Notes: generated by a model not told the origin, from the sequence alone. A DNA stretch of 59,735 nucleotides from Candidatus Altimarinota bacterium (GCA_028277205.1 JANQGT010000006.1:1-59735), one strand, 5' to 3'. Shown: positions 1 to 11,789, numbered from the stretch's first letter. Numbers and translations are program-made.

Positions 1-1
1 A

Positions 2-1372
2 TGAGGCGGATGAGGCGGATCGGGATGATCCAAAAGCGTCTCACTCACCTCCGGGATCGGCGCGACAGGCGATGCCATCACCGAATACCTCGCCAATGCG
101 AAGCAGTCGGTACGCCTGACGTCGGGAGAAAAGCTCAATGAAATTTTGACCATAGAGCGCGCGGGAGAGCGCATCGAGCTCGCGGATGTCCTCGTGGATG
201 CGTCGGAGGGCGTTTCAAATATCTCTGATAATTTCATAGATCTCGCAGTCGGCGACACCATCGCCGCCACCGAGCGCGGCAGCATCGAGTTTTCTCTGGA
301 CGGATACTCGCGGCTCGGTCTCTCGCCGGGATCCACCATGCGCGTCGCGGACGCGGGCGAGGGATTTTTGGTCTATGAAAATGTCGCGGGGACAGTCGAG
401 TATGATTTCGATCATCGCTCGGATGCGGAGTTTGCCTACACAGTCGAGGGAAAAACCTCCTACGCCACCATCCGCGGGACGACGCTCACCGTCGAGAGTC
501 TGGACGATCGCGATATCTATCACCTCGTGGAGGGCAGCATCGATATCTACGATGCGTCGCTCGATCGTACTCTCTCGCTCTCTGCCGGCGAGACCTATAT
601 CGCCTATGTCGACGCCGGTGCCGCGGATGCGGATGATACGGATAATCCATCGCAGAGCGGACGATCCGGTGATGACAGCGATGAGGATGACGAGGATGAT
701 GAAAATGAATCGGACACCGCATACGAATACACCGTCACGCAAATCCCGAATAACAAACGAAATATGCCTACGAATCGGGAAAATATCTCCACGTGCGCGC
801 CATACGGCGATCTCCTGGCCGACAGCGAATTTTGCGCGTACGTGACGGCACTGCGCCAGGCGGACGTCATCCGAGTGCATGATGCATTCGAGCCGGATCG
901 GGACATTACCCGCAGCGAGCTTTTGAAAATCGTCGTCGAGGCGAGCATATCCTCCGAAGAGACTATCACCTACGATGCAGATTTCACCTACGACGACATT
1001 GATCCCGATATGTGGTGGGCGGCATATGTCTCGACCGCGAAACGGCTCGGGCATATCTCGGCGGAAAATGAGAACTTTCGACCAAATGATGCGATCACAC
1101 GTGCGGAGGCGATAAAGATCGTTTTGAATTTTTCATGAGAGCAGTCTGTCTACGACGCGAGCTTTACCTACGCCGACATTGATCCCGATATGTGGTGGGC
1201 GGCATATGTCTCGACCGCGAAACGGCTCGGGCATATCTCGGCGGAAAATGAGGATTTTCGACCGAATGACGCGATCACGCGTGCGGAATCCGCGAAAATC
1301 GTGTATAATCTCTTTTTCACCTCCGATACCTCATGAATTTTCGAGACCTCACCCGCATCCTCATCGGGATAG
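2..1372 (+). CDS. Surface protein with FecR-like domain and C-terminal SLH repeats (5' partial)
   Basis: Frame open from position 2 (GGGGGGSGG linker, partly TGA codons) through TGA 1136 and 1334 to TAG 1370-1372. FecR-like GDTI...ATIRGTTLTV...LVEGSIDI, acidic linker, SLH motifs FEPDRDITRSE, FRPNDAITRAEA, FRPNDAITRAES. Confidence 0.8.
986..1251 (+). repeat. Near-identical intragenic duplication of an SLH module (180-nt period)
   Basis: 986-1071 and 1166-1251 are almost identical (GACATTGATCCCGATATGTGGTGGGCGGCATATGTCTCGACCGCGAAACGGCTCGGGCATATCTCGGCGGAAAATGAG). Confidence 0.9.
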
Positions 1373-2421
1373 TACTCGCCGTCGGACTCGGCGCACTCGC
1401 CGGCTGCACGGACGAGGATGCGGCTACGGTGCACCACGATGCCGCATACTACCGCGATCGGTGGGAGTCGCTCTTTCGGCGGTACCAGGAGGCGACGGCG
1501 CACGTACCGAGAGCATGAGAGTACGAATTTTCCATCTCGGTGATCGCCGATCATGAGGGTGAGAGTCTGGATCGCATCGGTACCTATCAGCTCTCGGAGC
1601 CGCTGTCGAGTCTGGCATTCACGCTCTCGGGCGACTATGATTTTGAGGATCTGGAAAATGCATCTCTATCCAGCCGCCTGCGCGTGTATAGAAATCGCCG
1701 GGATTTCGGCGAGGGGGATATCGATCTCGAAGCGACACTCGACAGCTCCGGCAGGGTCGAGTATCGGTTTTACGCATTCGACGCCGAGACACTGAGCACG
1801 CTCGGGATCGACGCCGAGACTGTCGCCACGCTCCGAGCATTTGCGGATGAGTCGGGCGGACAGACGGTATCGACCAATGCGCATGAAAACATCCTCAAAG
1901 AAATTTTTCAGGCGCTCGCAGAGTCTCTGACGACAAAAGAACACGCTCCTCTGCGCGCAAATTCTGATGCCGAGGAGCGCGCGATCATCGACGCATTTCT
2001 CGCGTCCGAGACGATACGAGTGTTTTCGGGAGCGACGACGGGGGACTCCGATCGCGTCGATTTCCGGTTTGATCCGGATGCGTTTATCGTCTTTTTGGAT
2101 CGGGTCGCCGACATCCTCGGCGACGAGCACGCGGATAAGACATTTGCAAGCGACAGCGGGTTGTTTCGGGCGTTTTCCCTCGCGGGAGAGATGACGATAG
2201 ACGATAACGATACGCTTGACAGAGCAAATTTTTTCATAGAGATCCCACTCTCGTGAATCGAGGCGCGTACGGGGCGGCGGGTGGACGAGATCATCACGAT
2301 CGAAAATGCGCTCGAATATCCCGATCCCGAGACCCTCGACATCGACTGGACCGCTCTGGTACGCAGCCGATCCGAGCCGAAAAAAGCAGCACAAATCCGA
2401 GTCCGCTTATTTTTGAGGTAG
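1333..2421 (+). CDS. Lipoprotein of unknown function
   Basis: Signal peptide with lipobox LAGC; ORF pieces 1333-1518 and 1540-2256 join through TGA; ends TAG 2419-2421. Confidence 0.75.
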
Positions 2422-2424
2422 GCT

Positions 2425-4530
2425 ATGAAACGGTTTCGTCGGTGGGGCATGCGCATCATCATCGCCGCGGTGCTGGCAGCGGGGTCGCTATTCGCGCTTT
2501 CGCGATTTGACTACGTGCTCTCGTCGTGGCTTTTTTCGCTCAATCCCGCTCCCTCCTCAGACGTCCTCGTCGTCGCTCTCGACGAGGTGACGCTCTGGGC
2601 GGGCGATTTCAAGCGGTATCAGGACATCGACCGCTGCGACTACGCGAGTCTCATCGAGACGATTTTGCACGATGATCCGCGGATGGTGGCGGTGGATATT
2701 TTTTTTCATCAGGCGGGAGAGGACATCGGATGCGATCGCGCGCTCGCGGAGGCGGCGGATGACCCGCGCGTGATCCTGGGGACGGAGTATGATCCCTCCC
2801 AAAATCCCCCGATCGCAACTATTCTCGGATCATCCACGCCGCATGGAGAAAATATCTGATACGTCAATATTCTCGCGCACAATCCCTTCACCCCCTTTCT
2901 TTCGCTTTCGCAAAAAAAGAATTTTCTCCCGCTGTATTTTCACGGACGCGATCCGATCCTGCCGCTCTCGGTAGAGGCGTATCGTCGGGCTGCGGGCATA
3001 GAGTCAATCCGCGTCTCGGCAGAAAATCTCACTCTCGGCAGCCGTACATTCGCGCTCGACAGGGGACGCCTGGGGATCAATTTTTTTGGCGCCGACTATG
3101 AGACGGAGAGCGTGATCGACGTGCTGGAGCGCCGCACGCCCAGGGAGCGCATCGAGGGAAAAATCGTCTTTATCGGTGCGACCGCATCGGATATCCACGA
3201 TGTATTTCTCACGCCGCTTACGCCCGGCTCGTTTCTGCCCGGAGTCATGATCCACGCAAATGCCTACGATACACTCATGAGAGGTGCGGCAGTCCGGTAT
3301 CCGGATCCATGGCTCGTCGCGCTCGGTGCATGGCTATTTTGACTCGGGGTGTTTGCGGTATTTGCATACACCGCGAAAATCATACACGCTCTGCTCGTCT
3401 CGCTCGGCATACTGGCAGCAGTCGTCGGGGGCATCGCGGCACTCTTTGGCATATGGGGATGGTTTGTGCCGATACTCCCGTTTGTCGCGGTATTTTTCGC
3501 AGTGAGCGCCTACATGCCTCTGGAGCGCTATCTCTCTGAAAAGCGGGAGAAAGACGCAATCCGCGAGATATTTGCCAAGTATGTCTCTGCCGACGTGACG
3601 GCGGATCTGATCCAGCGGGGCATCGAGTCGCTGTCGCTGGGCGGACAGGCGCGCAATGTAACGGTCTTTTTTTCGGATCTCGTGGGATTTACCACGCTGT
3701 CGGAGACACTGGATCCAGAGACTCTCGGGAAAGTGCTCAACAGCTATTTCGAGCGTATGACGACCGCCATCCTCGCCGAGCGCGGAACGATCGATAAATT
3801 CATCGGGGATGCCATCATGGCATTTTGGAATGCGCCACTGGTCCTGGAGGATCACGCCGCACGCGCCTGCCGGAGCGCGCTGGAGCAGCGAAAAGCGCTC
3901 TCGGAAGTACGACAGGATCTGCTGAGACTCGGTGTAGACACGCAGATCGACATGCGAATCGGGATCAGTGCGGGACTCGTCGTCGTGGGAAATTTTGGCT
4001 CGTCGCACCGGTACGACTACACTGTCCTGGGCGACACGGTCAATGTGGCATCCCGCCTGGAAAGCATCAATAAAGTCTACGGCACGCATATCATCGTGAG
4101 CGCTAGTGTGCGCGACAGCGTCGGAGCGTACGGAGAGTTTGTGTTTCGGGAGCTGGATCGCATCACGCTAAAGGGTAAACACCACGCGACGGGTATCTAC
4201 GAGCTCGTCGATCGCGTCCCGGATGCATTGCGTCCCAGATTTTCCGCCCTGCGTCGGCAGCTCGCCACCGATCCCGACGCGCCGCTCGATCATCTGCTGA
4301 CGAGTGAGGAGATCGAATACCACGCGATGCTCGTCTCGCATCTGCGCTTCGTAGCCCGGTACGAGCGAGCACTGCGTGCGTACCGCACCCGAAATTTTTC
4401 GCGCGCGTCACGACTGTTTGCCGGGATCAGCGATCCGACCTCCGAGCTCATGAGACGCCGATCCGAAGAGTATGCGCGTACTCCGCCTCCCGAGGACTGG
4501 GACGGAGTGTATGTGTTTTTGGAAAAATAG
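2425..4530 (+). CDS. CHASE2-domain class III adenylate/guanylate cyclase
   Basis: CHASE2 motifs (VLVVALDE, VAVDIFF, GKIVFIGAT, PGVMIHANA), TM helices, cyclase motifs FSDLVGFT, DKFIGDAIMAFW, DYTVLGDTVNVASRLES; joined across TGA 2857 and 3340. Confidence 0.93.
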
Positions 4531-4532
4531 GC

Positions 4533-4560
4533 TTGACTTTCCGGATACGGCGTATATCAT
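4533..4560 (+). promoter_or_regulatory. Putative sigma70 promoter
   Basis: TTGACT-16 nt-TATCAT directly upstream of a long hairpin. Confidence 0.45.
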
Positions 4561-4563
4561 CAT

Positions 4564-4676
4564 GGGGATGTCTTTATGATGAGAGGATGAAAATCACCAT
4601 CGCACACTCCGATCAGTGCCCGCTCTCTCGCGGCGCTACTCGGGGTTTTTCATTTTTTTCTCGAGAGGCAGTATTC
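4564..4676 (+). ncRNA. Candidate ~110-nt long-hairpin RNA or leader, family unknown
   Basis: Nested pairings by eye: UGUCUUU/AGAGGCA, GAGAGGAUGAAAA/UUUUCAUUUUUUU, CCGA/UCGG, AGUG/CGCU, CCGC/GCGG; lies between a promoter and a terminator. Confidence 0.4.
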
Positions 4677-4686
4677 ATAATCCTAT

Positions 4687-4713
4687 AATCTCCCGTCGTG
4701 GGAGATTTTTTTT
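4687..4713 (+). terminator. Rho-independent terminator
   Basis: AATCTCCC-GTCGT-GGGAGATT followed by a T run. Confidence 0.7.
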
Positions 4714-4732
4714 ATCTCTTTTCACTGTTTTT

Positions 4733-4930
4733 ATGTCACTACAAAACGAGGCACATTATGTAGGAATGGGCATGAGTGATAAGTGCCTTCGCGATCCGTC
4801 TCCAGAAGACTGTCATGGAGTGGGCATGAGTGATAAGTGCAAGACAAGGCGCTGAAATACACGAACGAAGTCGCCCGAAGTATCGACACCGGTATGCTCG
4901 TACGTAGATAGGATACTGAAGGCAGCATAG
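4733..4930 (+). CDS. Small 65-aa Cys-containing peptide with duplicated GMSDKC motif
   Basis: ATG after a T-rich stretch like other starts here; exact 20-nt in-frame repeat at 4767-4786 and 4821-4840; one TGA; ends TAG. Confidence 0.45.
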
Positions 4931-5070
4931 CAAAAGCCCAACCATCCTAAAATCAGTGTGCATACCAGCGCAGTTTTATCCCCTCAGAGACGACTGTTTT
5001 ATAATCACATCCATTTGCCTCGGGGTATTTTTTGGATACACTGGTGCGCGTTTTTTACGATAGCTGTTAT

Positions 5071-7467
5071 TTGAGGCGTTTTTTTCTCATTTTCCTCGCA
5101 CTTCTCGGCGGCATTTCTCCGGCATTCCCCGTAGAGATTTCAGCGAACTCCCCCGACTTTTCCTATGTGATCGCGGACGGTATCGCACCTTTTTTTACCG
5201 AGGGGACGGATTTCGAGCACTATTCGCGTATTCCCTATGAGACACTGGATACCGACACGCCGCCGTATGTACATACGGATCGGCTCGCTGCAGCGAAAAA
5301 GCGATGGAGCGAGTACGCAGCGCTCATGGCACGGGAGGGCTATACGCACCTCTCGCTCGACGACGTGGTGCATGTCATCACGCTGGATGCGCTCGATATC
5401 TACTCTCCGGATAGTATCGTCCGACAGCGAAATGAGTACTACATCAGCTATTTTCGAGAGCTCATAGATATCGCGCATGCGCACGGGCTCGGAGTGTTTT
5501 TGACGAGTGATCTGCCATTTCTCACCGAAGAGATCCGCGACTACGTCGGCGATATCGACCCGCAGGACGACCGACTCTTTGCCGTCATGCGCGCGGGTAT
5601 GGACGAGGTGCTGGCACGATTTCCGGATATCGCAGGCGTCATCGTCCGCACGGGGGAGGGCGGCGGCTCGTACGACACGCCGTCCGGATATGCGAGCGAC
5701 ATCGTCTACACCTCTGCCGCATCCATCCGCCGACTCCTGCAGGAGCTATTGCCGACATTCGAGCAGCACGAAAGGCTACTCGTATTTCGGACGTGGAGTA
5801 TCGGATTTGGCGAGGCGGGCGATCTGGTGGCAAATCCCGAGACGTATGATCGCGTGTTTTCGGGTATCGACAGTCGCGCGCTCATCGTATCGATAAAGAT
5901 ATCACCCGGAGATTTTTTCCGATTTCCCCAGCAAAATCAGACCATCGGACACGGAAATATCCCGCAAATCGTCGAGCTGCAAAATCGGCGCGAGTACGAG
6001 GGAGGCGGAGATTTTCCGGCGTCGGTGCTGTCCTATCACCGGGACGCCCTCGAATTTTTGCATACGCGCGATACCGTCATCGGCGTCTGGACGTGGCAGC
6101 AGCAGGGAGGATGGGGATTTTGAGAGCGGATATTTGGAAATTTCGGACTCAATTTTTGGAATGAGATCAATTTTTTCATCACCGCCGAGCTCCTGAGAAA
6201 TCCCGATCTCTCAGACGAAGGTATCATCAGTCACGTCCTCGACCGGTATGATCTCGACAGTGGAGCGCGTGAAGTACTGCAAAGCATCATAAAATGATCC
6301 GAGCGCGTCATCGAGCGCGGGTGGTACATCGACGAATTTCGGCGGCAATACCTGACCATCACGCGTACGCGTGTCCCGCCTCTCTTGTGGATCTGGTGGG
6401 ATCGGGCGGTCGGATCGCCATTCGTACTCGCATTCATCGCGCACTTCATACACGATCCCGATCAGGTCATAGCAGAGGGAAAACAGGCACTGCAAACAGT
6501 CCGAGCCGACCGTGAGGCATGGGAGCGCGTCATGGATGAGAGCAGTGAATTTGACGGTGATATCAGACAATCCCTCGAAAATCGGGAGTACGTATTCGAG
6601 ATACTCTCCGTCTATCGCGAATTTTTTTTCGCATTTTTTCGGGACGCGGATGCGAGTCTGCGGGACGAGCTCGTCCGTCTGCTGGATCGATACGATGCCT
6701 GGGCACGCGAATATGCTGGAGACAGCCTGCGATTTGACACGGCAGAGATCCGCGACGCTGTCGCCTATATCGACTCGCGTGATCGTCACGCGCTCTACTC
6801 GGGAGTCATTTTGCTGCTGCTCTCGGGGTATGTCGTCCTGCTTTTTCGGATGGGAAAAAACGGCAACTATCTGAGGCTCGTGGCATGATACGCGCTCGCG
6901 GGGGTGGTACTGCTGATCCTGCCGCCGCTGTTTTTCACGCATAGCGATTTTTCGGTGTTTTTCATCCAGTTTGCGGTGCTGCTGCACATTCTCTTTTCGC
7001 TGTATACGCTCCTGTTTTCAGAGATCGCCCGACGACTTTTCGGCGTACGAAACGAGTGAGATCGACTGCGTTTGCTGTTTTCAGAGACACTTGCGACTTC
7101 GTTTGTCCCCATAGCGGTCTTTGCGGGGGTCGTCGCCGTCGCCATGATTTTTGGCGATCACCTGCTGTGGAGGACATTTGCCGCCGTCGTCGCAAGCGAC
7201 TATACCACCCTCTCGCTCGCATCGCTCGGACTGGGGTATTTGCTCGTCTCGGGGGGCGTCATCGCCGGTACGGTCGCGACCTATCGGGATATCGCCTCGG
7301 GCGCGTTTTTTCGATTTGCGTTGTTTCACCTGGGATTTTTGGCGTTCTTCGTCATGCTGTTTCTGGCGGGGACGATTCCGTTTTTCTTTTTCGAGATCGC
7401 GGATATACTTTTTCCCACCTATTTTTTCGAGGCGGGCAGCGACATTCGTCATATTTTTTCCGGATAG
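5071..7467 (+). CDS. Exported glycoside-hydrolase-like protein with C-terminal multi-TM domain
   Basis: Signal-like MRRFFLIFLALLGG (TTG start, approximate); motifs GVIVRTGEGG, LVFRTWSIG, GDFF, IVELQNRREYEG, reminiscent of GH67/GH115-like barrels; joined across four TGA; hydrophobic C-terminus. Family uncertain. Confidence 0.6.
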
Positions 7468-7476
7468 CGGATATTC

Positions 7477-8010
7477 ATGGATACTTTTTTCTGACTCGCC
7501 TCCACACTGTGCCTGTTTGCTTCGGCGTTTATCGCAAACGCCACACCGGTATTTGCCGCGAAAATCCCGGTATTGCGAGACTGGACGCGCCCCGTATCCC
7601 GGGAAATTTTCGGGAAAAATAAGACGTGGCGAGGGCTCGTATCCGGCATACTGGCAGGAGCATTCGCAAATGCGCTCCTGTGGCACACCGGCGGATTTGG
7701 CGCGTGGGGAGAATTCATGCGGCTGTACACACCGACAGAGTACGCTCTGCTCGGCGGCTGGATCGCGCTCGGAGCGCTCACGGGCGATCTGGTGGAGAGC
7801 GCGATAAAGCGGATACGGGGGCTCGATCCGGGCGCGAGCTTTATGCCATGGGACGGTATCGACTACATCGTGGGGGCACTCGTATTTCTCTCTGTGTGGT
7901 ATATCCCGAGTATTTGGGAGGGTATTTTTTTGCTTCTGATCAGCCCGCTTTTGAGCAAAGCCGCCAATACGATCTCATTTTTTCTCGGATGGAAAAAAGT
8001 GCCGTACTAG
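7477..8010 (+). CDS. CDP-archaeol synthase-like (CarS/DUF46) CTP transferase
   Basis: ANATPV, FGKNKTWRG, GALTGDLVESAIKR, PG...WDGIDY motifs; TGA in codon 6. Confidence 0.85.
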
Positions 8011-8633
8011 TGTTTGCGCTCTCGGTCGCGGGATTTTGGACAGCGGTCGGCGTCGTAGTGATAGCCGTAAATCATGCGCTCGTCAGCACGAGAGTCGCCG
8101 CATTTTTCAGAGAGACGGTATGACTCTCACCAAATGCGCTCTCGGTCGCACGACTGCCGATGGGGCTCGCTCTGGCATGGACCGTGAGTGAGCAGTGGAC
8201 ATTTGCGGGACTGCTGCTGCTGGGATGCGGCATCGTCTCCGACGTGCTGGACGGACTCGTAGCGCGGGCGACAGACCGGGTTTCCGAGACGGGAAAATGG
8301 CTCGATCCCTTTATGGATAAAATCCTCTATCTCCCGCCGCTGTTTGTATTTGCGGCGTCCGGGATGATCGACTGGACGCTGCTTGCGATCCTCGCATTCG
8401 CGGATATCGCCGGCACACTCGCGCGACCGATTTTGAGAGATCATGGCATCCGCTCGAAAGCAACCAACTGGGGAAAAGCAAAAACCGGGCTCGTATTTTT
8501 CCTCATGAGCATACTCATCATCATACCGGAAACACGGCTCGAGATACCGGTATTTCCCATGATGATACCGGTCATGCAGGCGATCATTGCCGGTCTCTCG
8601 CTCGTCTCCGTCGTCTCAAAGCTGCCCCGTTAG
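7989..8633 (+). CDS. CDP-alcohol phosphatidyltransferase (PgsA-like)
   Basis: PNALSVAR and signature SDVLDGLVAR...GKWLDPFMDK, GKAKT; joined across TGA 8121. Confidence 0.9.
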
Positions 8634-9289
8634 CGTCGAGCGCGCGGTTTTACGGCATTTCGAATGCGCTGTCGCGGACGCCTGCCGACCACGCTCGCCT
8701 CATTTTCGGCGCCGATATTTCGCAGAAACTGCATGATAAAGGCTCGCTGCAGCTCGTAAAATGCCGTGCTGATACCGGCATAGACCGGGTTTGGCGAGGC
8801 GGAATCCAAAAGCCCGAAATCGAAAATGATGATGTTTTCCCCGTCCCAGAGCAGATTGTGCAGGCGGGATGAATCGAAAAATCCATCCGACCCCACCATG
8901 TCGAGGTATCGCCCCGTCTTGCGCCAGAGGTGTTCGTTTATGCTCATCAGGCGCCGGAGTTTGAATCGCAGTCGGGCATTTTGCTCGATCAGCTCGAGCG
9001 AGACATTTTGAGCGGGAATGACGCGCTGACGCAAATAGTATTTATCGCGATAGCGATAGAGACGAGTCTCGGCGATGCGAAAATCGCGGGCGAAATACTG
9101 ATGCACGATGGCGATATTTCGCCGCATCTGTGCGTAGTGATCGCACCCCGATCAAAAGAAAAAAGCCGGAAAATTTGGAAATTTATAGTAAAAATCGCCG
9201 AGCTGAAAGACGTGATTTTCCGAAAGAAAGCGCGTCATACGACGCACCATCGTACGATTTTTCTCCTGTAAAATCGTCTGAAAACGCAT
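8630..9289 (-). CDS. Hypothetical protein with kinase-like fold features
   Basis: HNLL...IIIFDFG motif, YYLRQRVI; ATG 9289 reached by reading through one TGA. Confidence 0.55.
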
Positions 9290-9307
9290 GGGGATAAATC
9301 GGTCGGG

Positions 9308-9679
9308 CTATGAAGGCGGGCGCTCTGGGGATGCCGGGGTCTGCGGCGATATCTTTGAATCAGTGGAGTCAGCGGGGGGTGATTCCGATTTTTCAGATCA
9401 TCCCGACGAGGCGACGATGGAGGTGCGCTCGATTTCTTTTTGCAGTTCTTCTTCCGCTGCTTTCATCGCAAGCAGGCGATCCAGCGTTTGCTTCTTTTTT
9501 CGATCGGCTCGCGCCTCCTGTCCCCTCGTCGTCTTGAGTGCTAGAAATACGCCCGCGAAATACGCGACGATAAATACGATCGTCGCCGCCACCATGCCCG
9601 CGAGGACGATGCCGATCAGGCGGACACTCACGGCGCTCTCGGGAGCTATATACGAGAAATCGATCTGGAAGACCTCCAT
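9308..9679 (-). CDS. Small single-TM protein with coiled coil and S/P-rich tail
   Basis: ORF 9398-9679 extended through TGA to TAG 9308; immediately follows the sortase gene. Confidence 0.65.
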
Positions 9680-9682
9680 GGA

Positions 9683-10762
9683 CTACGGGGATGAAGTAAG
9701 CTCGGCAAAGACCAAGAGTCGATTGAGGGTGGTGCCGACCGGCCAGCACGTCATGAGCAAGAGTTTTTTCGCATCGGGATCTCCCTCGAGCGCCTGGACG
9801 TCCCCGGGTCTGACGACCCGCTTTTCCCGGACGGTGTAGATGTATTTTTTTTGCTCGTAGTAGACGACGATCTGGTCGCCGTACGAGAGATGATCGAGCA
9901 GTGCGAATACCTGATTGTAGTTGCCCGGCGCCCACGGATAGTTTGAGCTATGACCGAATATAAAGGAATTTCCATTTTCCCCCGGCTGCGCGGTCCCGGG
10001 ATAGCGGACGACTCAGCGCTCGAGCTCCTTCATAAAGATATTCTCCAAATGATCAAAGTCAAACCCGTGTCCGGGATCGATATCGACGAGGGGGATGTTT
10101 TTATTGATTTTCGGGATGATGATGCGATTGTCATACGGGGTGATATCCAGATTGAGCGCGGGCGTTTCGACCTCCTGCAAAAAATTTTGCGGCGAATAGG
10201 GGTGGCGCACATGCCGCACGGATGCGACCTGCGAAGCGGTCTCGGGATATCACGTCAGAGTATGGGACGTCCGTGAGGCGGCAGCAGTCTCCAATCGGCG
10301 CGCCAGTACGCGCTCTCGGGCGATTTCCCCGGGAGTTTTTTCACTGCGCGCATCGCTTCGCACGTCGATGCGGGCGTCTGCGACAAAGCTCGTGAGAGCG
10401 ACTTCGCTGTGGATATGTCGACTGGGAGAGACAAAGCTCATCGCCATCTCCGAATAGGCACGAAAATTCGCGATCGTCATCAGCATCGTAAATACTGCCA
10501 AAAACACTGCGACGTAGTAGCATCCCGTCCGCAATGCCGCAAATACGCGAGAGACGAGCGTCCTGGGTATCGGCAGGGAAATGTCGAGCGTCAGTGGACT
10601 CATCTCACCATCAGAGTCGCCGTCGGATGAGAGCTCCAGTGAGAGCGGATCACGAGTCGAAATCACACACTCCGATACGGATGAATCTGAAACACGATCC
10701 TCCGGATGATCCGGAGAAACAGTATCGAAACTATCGCTATGAAGAATGTCGTTTTCGGGCAT
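9683..10762 (-). CDS. Sortase family protein
   Basis: RIIIPKIN, (TGA=G)VVRYPGTAQPGENGNSFIFGHSS, LLLMTCWPVGTTLNRLLV containing the His/Cys/Arg triad; N-terminal TM helix. Confidence 0.92.
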
Positions 10763-10870
10763 GATTTCGTATATATTTGGGTATTTGTTTTATCGTATCA
10801 TATATGGGAAAAGGCGTCAAAAAACACCCCCGGAATTCGAGAGCGTTTTCTAAAATTGGATATGATCCGA

Positions 10871-11635
10871 CTAGTCATCTATGAGGATGGCTCCTGCTTT
10901 GCTAAGCAAATCATACAGCTTGTCAAGATTTCCGCTGTCTCGAGAAAACCACTCTTTCGTGAAAGAAGGAAAATCCATGAAATATACTCCATCTTTCGCT
11001 GCTTCCAGAGAAGATCTTGATATCCGCATGCCCGCCAATTCCTCTCATGAAATATTCATAAACATAACATTGTCGAGCTTTGCTCCCGTGAGATCAGCCT
11101 CTGAAAGATTGGCTCATCGAAGGTCTGCATAGGCTAAATCCGCATTGCGCAGATTCGCGCCTTGTAAATTCAAATCTCTTTCACCGGCCGATTGACGGAG
11201 GCGGCGCAGATCCGCGTCTTGTAAATTGGCTCAGGACAGATCAACTTCCCACATTTTTGCGCGATACAATCGAGCTCCTTGAAGATTTGAACCGGAGAGA
11301 TTCGCTTGAAAGAACAGCATTTTCTCCGGGAAAACATAGCCTGAAAGATCGATTCATTCCAGGTTGCCAGTCACCCTAATCCTATCGCCATGGCCAGGCT
11401 TCCAAAATATACTAATCTCCGCATTGTCCCTGTCTTGTATATTCAGGACACTTCGAAGGTTTCGAACTTCCATTCCAAGATCAACGACATCATGCTCTAC
11501 GAATGAGCAGGATGGTCATATATCATCCAGTCAGAGGGTATCGCGCGTATCGTGGACGACTTCGTCCCTCGTGAATTCTGGATTCGGGTCTCCGCGATCA
11601 AGTCAACCAGCCTCACCAAACTCGCTATAAGCCAT
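10871..11635 (-). CDS. Pentapeptide repeat protein (absent from the ORF track)
   Basis: 254-aa frame with 7 TGA codons: ANLSG SNLQG ARLYR...ANLQD ADLRR...ANLRN ADLAY ADLRG ANLSE ADLTG AKLDN; locally AT-richer. Confidence 0.85.
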
Positions 11636-11789
11636 ATGTGTGAGATATTAGATATTAAAATACCACAAGGCATCTTTATATTATCCTGTATTTTACGACA
11701 ATGCAAATAATTATCACAAAAAAATCTCCCCATCTTGAGAAGATATTTTTTCAAAAGACACATGAGCATCGGGAATCGGGAATCGAGCG

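Noticed and set aside
1333-1336. ATGA overlap suggesting TGA still acts as a stop
   Set aside because: Single instance; read-through reaches a TAG 12 codons later, so no dual meaning is needed.
4564-4676. tmRNA or SRP RNA assignment (starts GGGGATGT)
   Set aside because: No tRNA-like 3' end or tag frame, and no SRP domain IV motif; kept only as an unknown hairpin.
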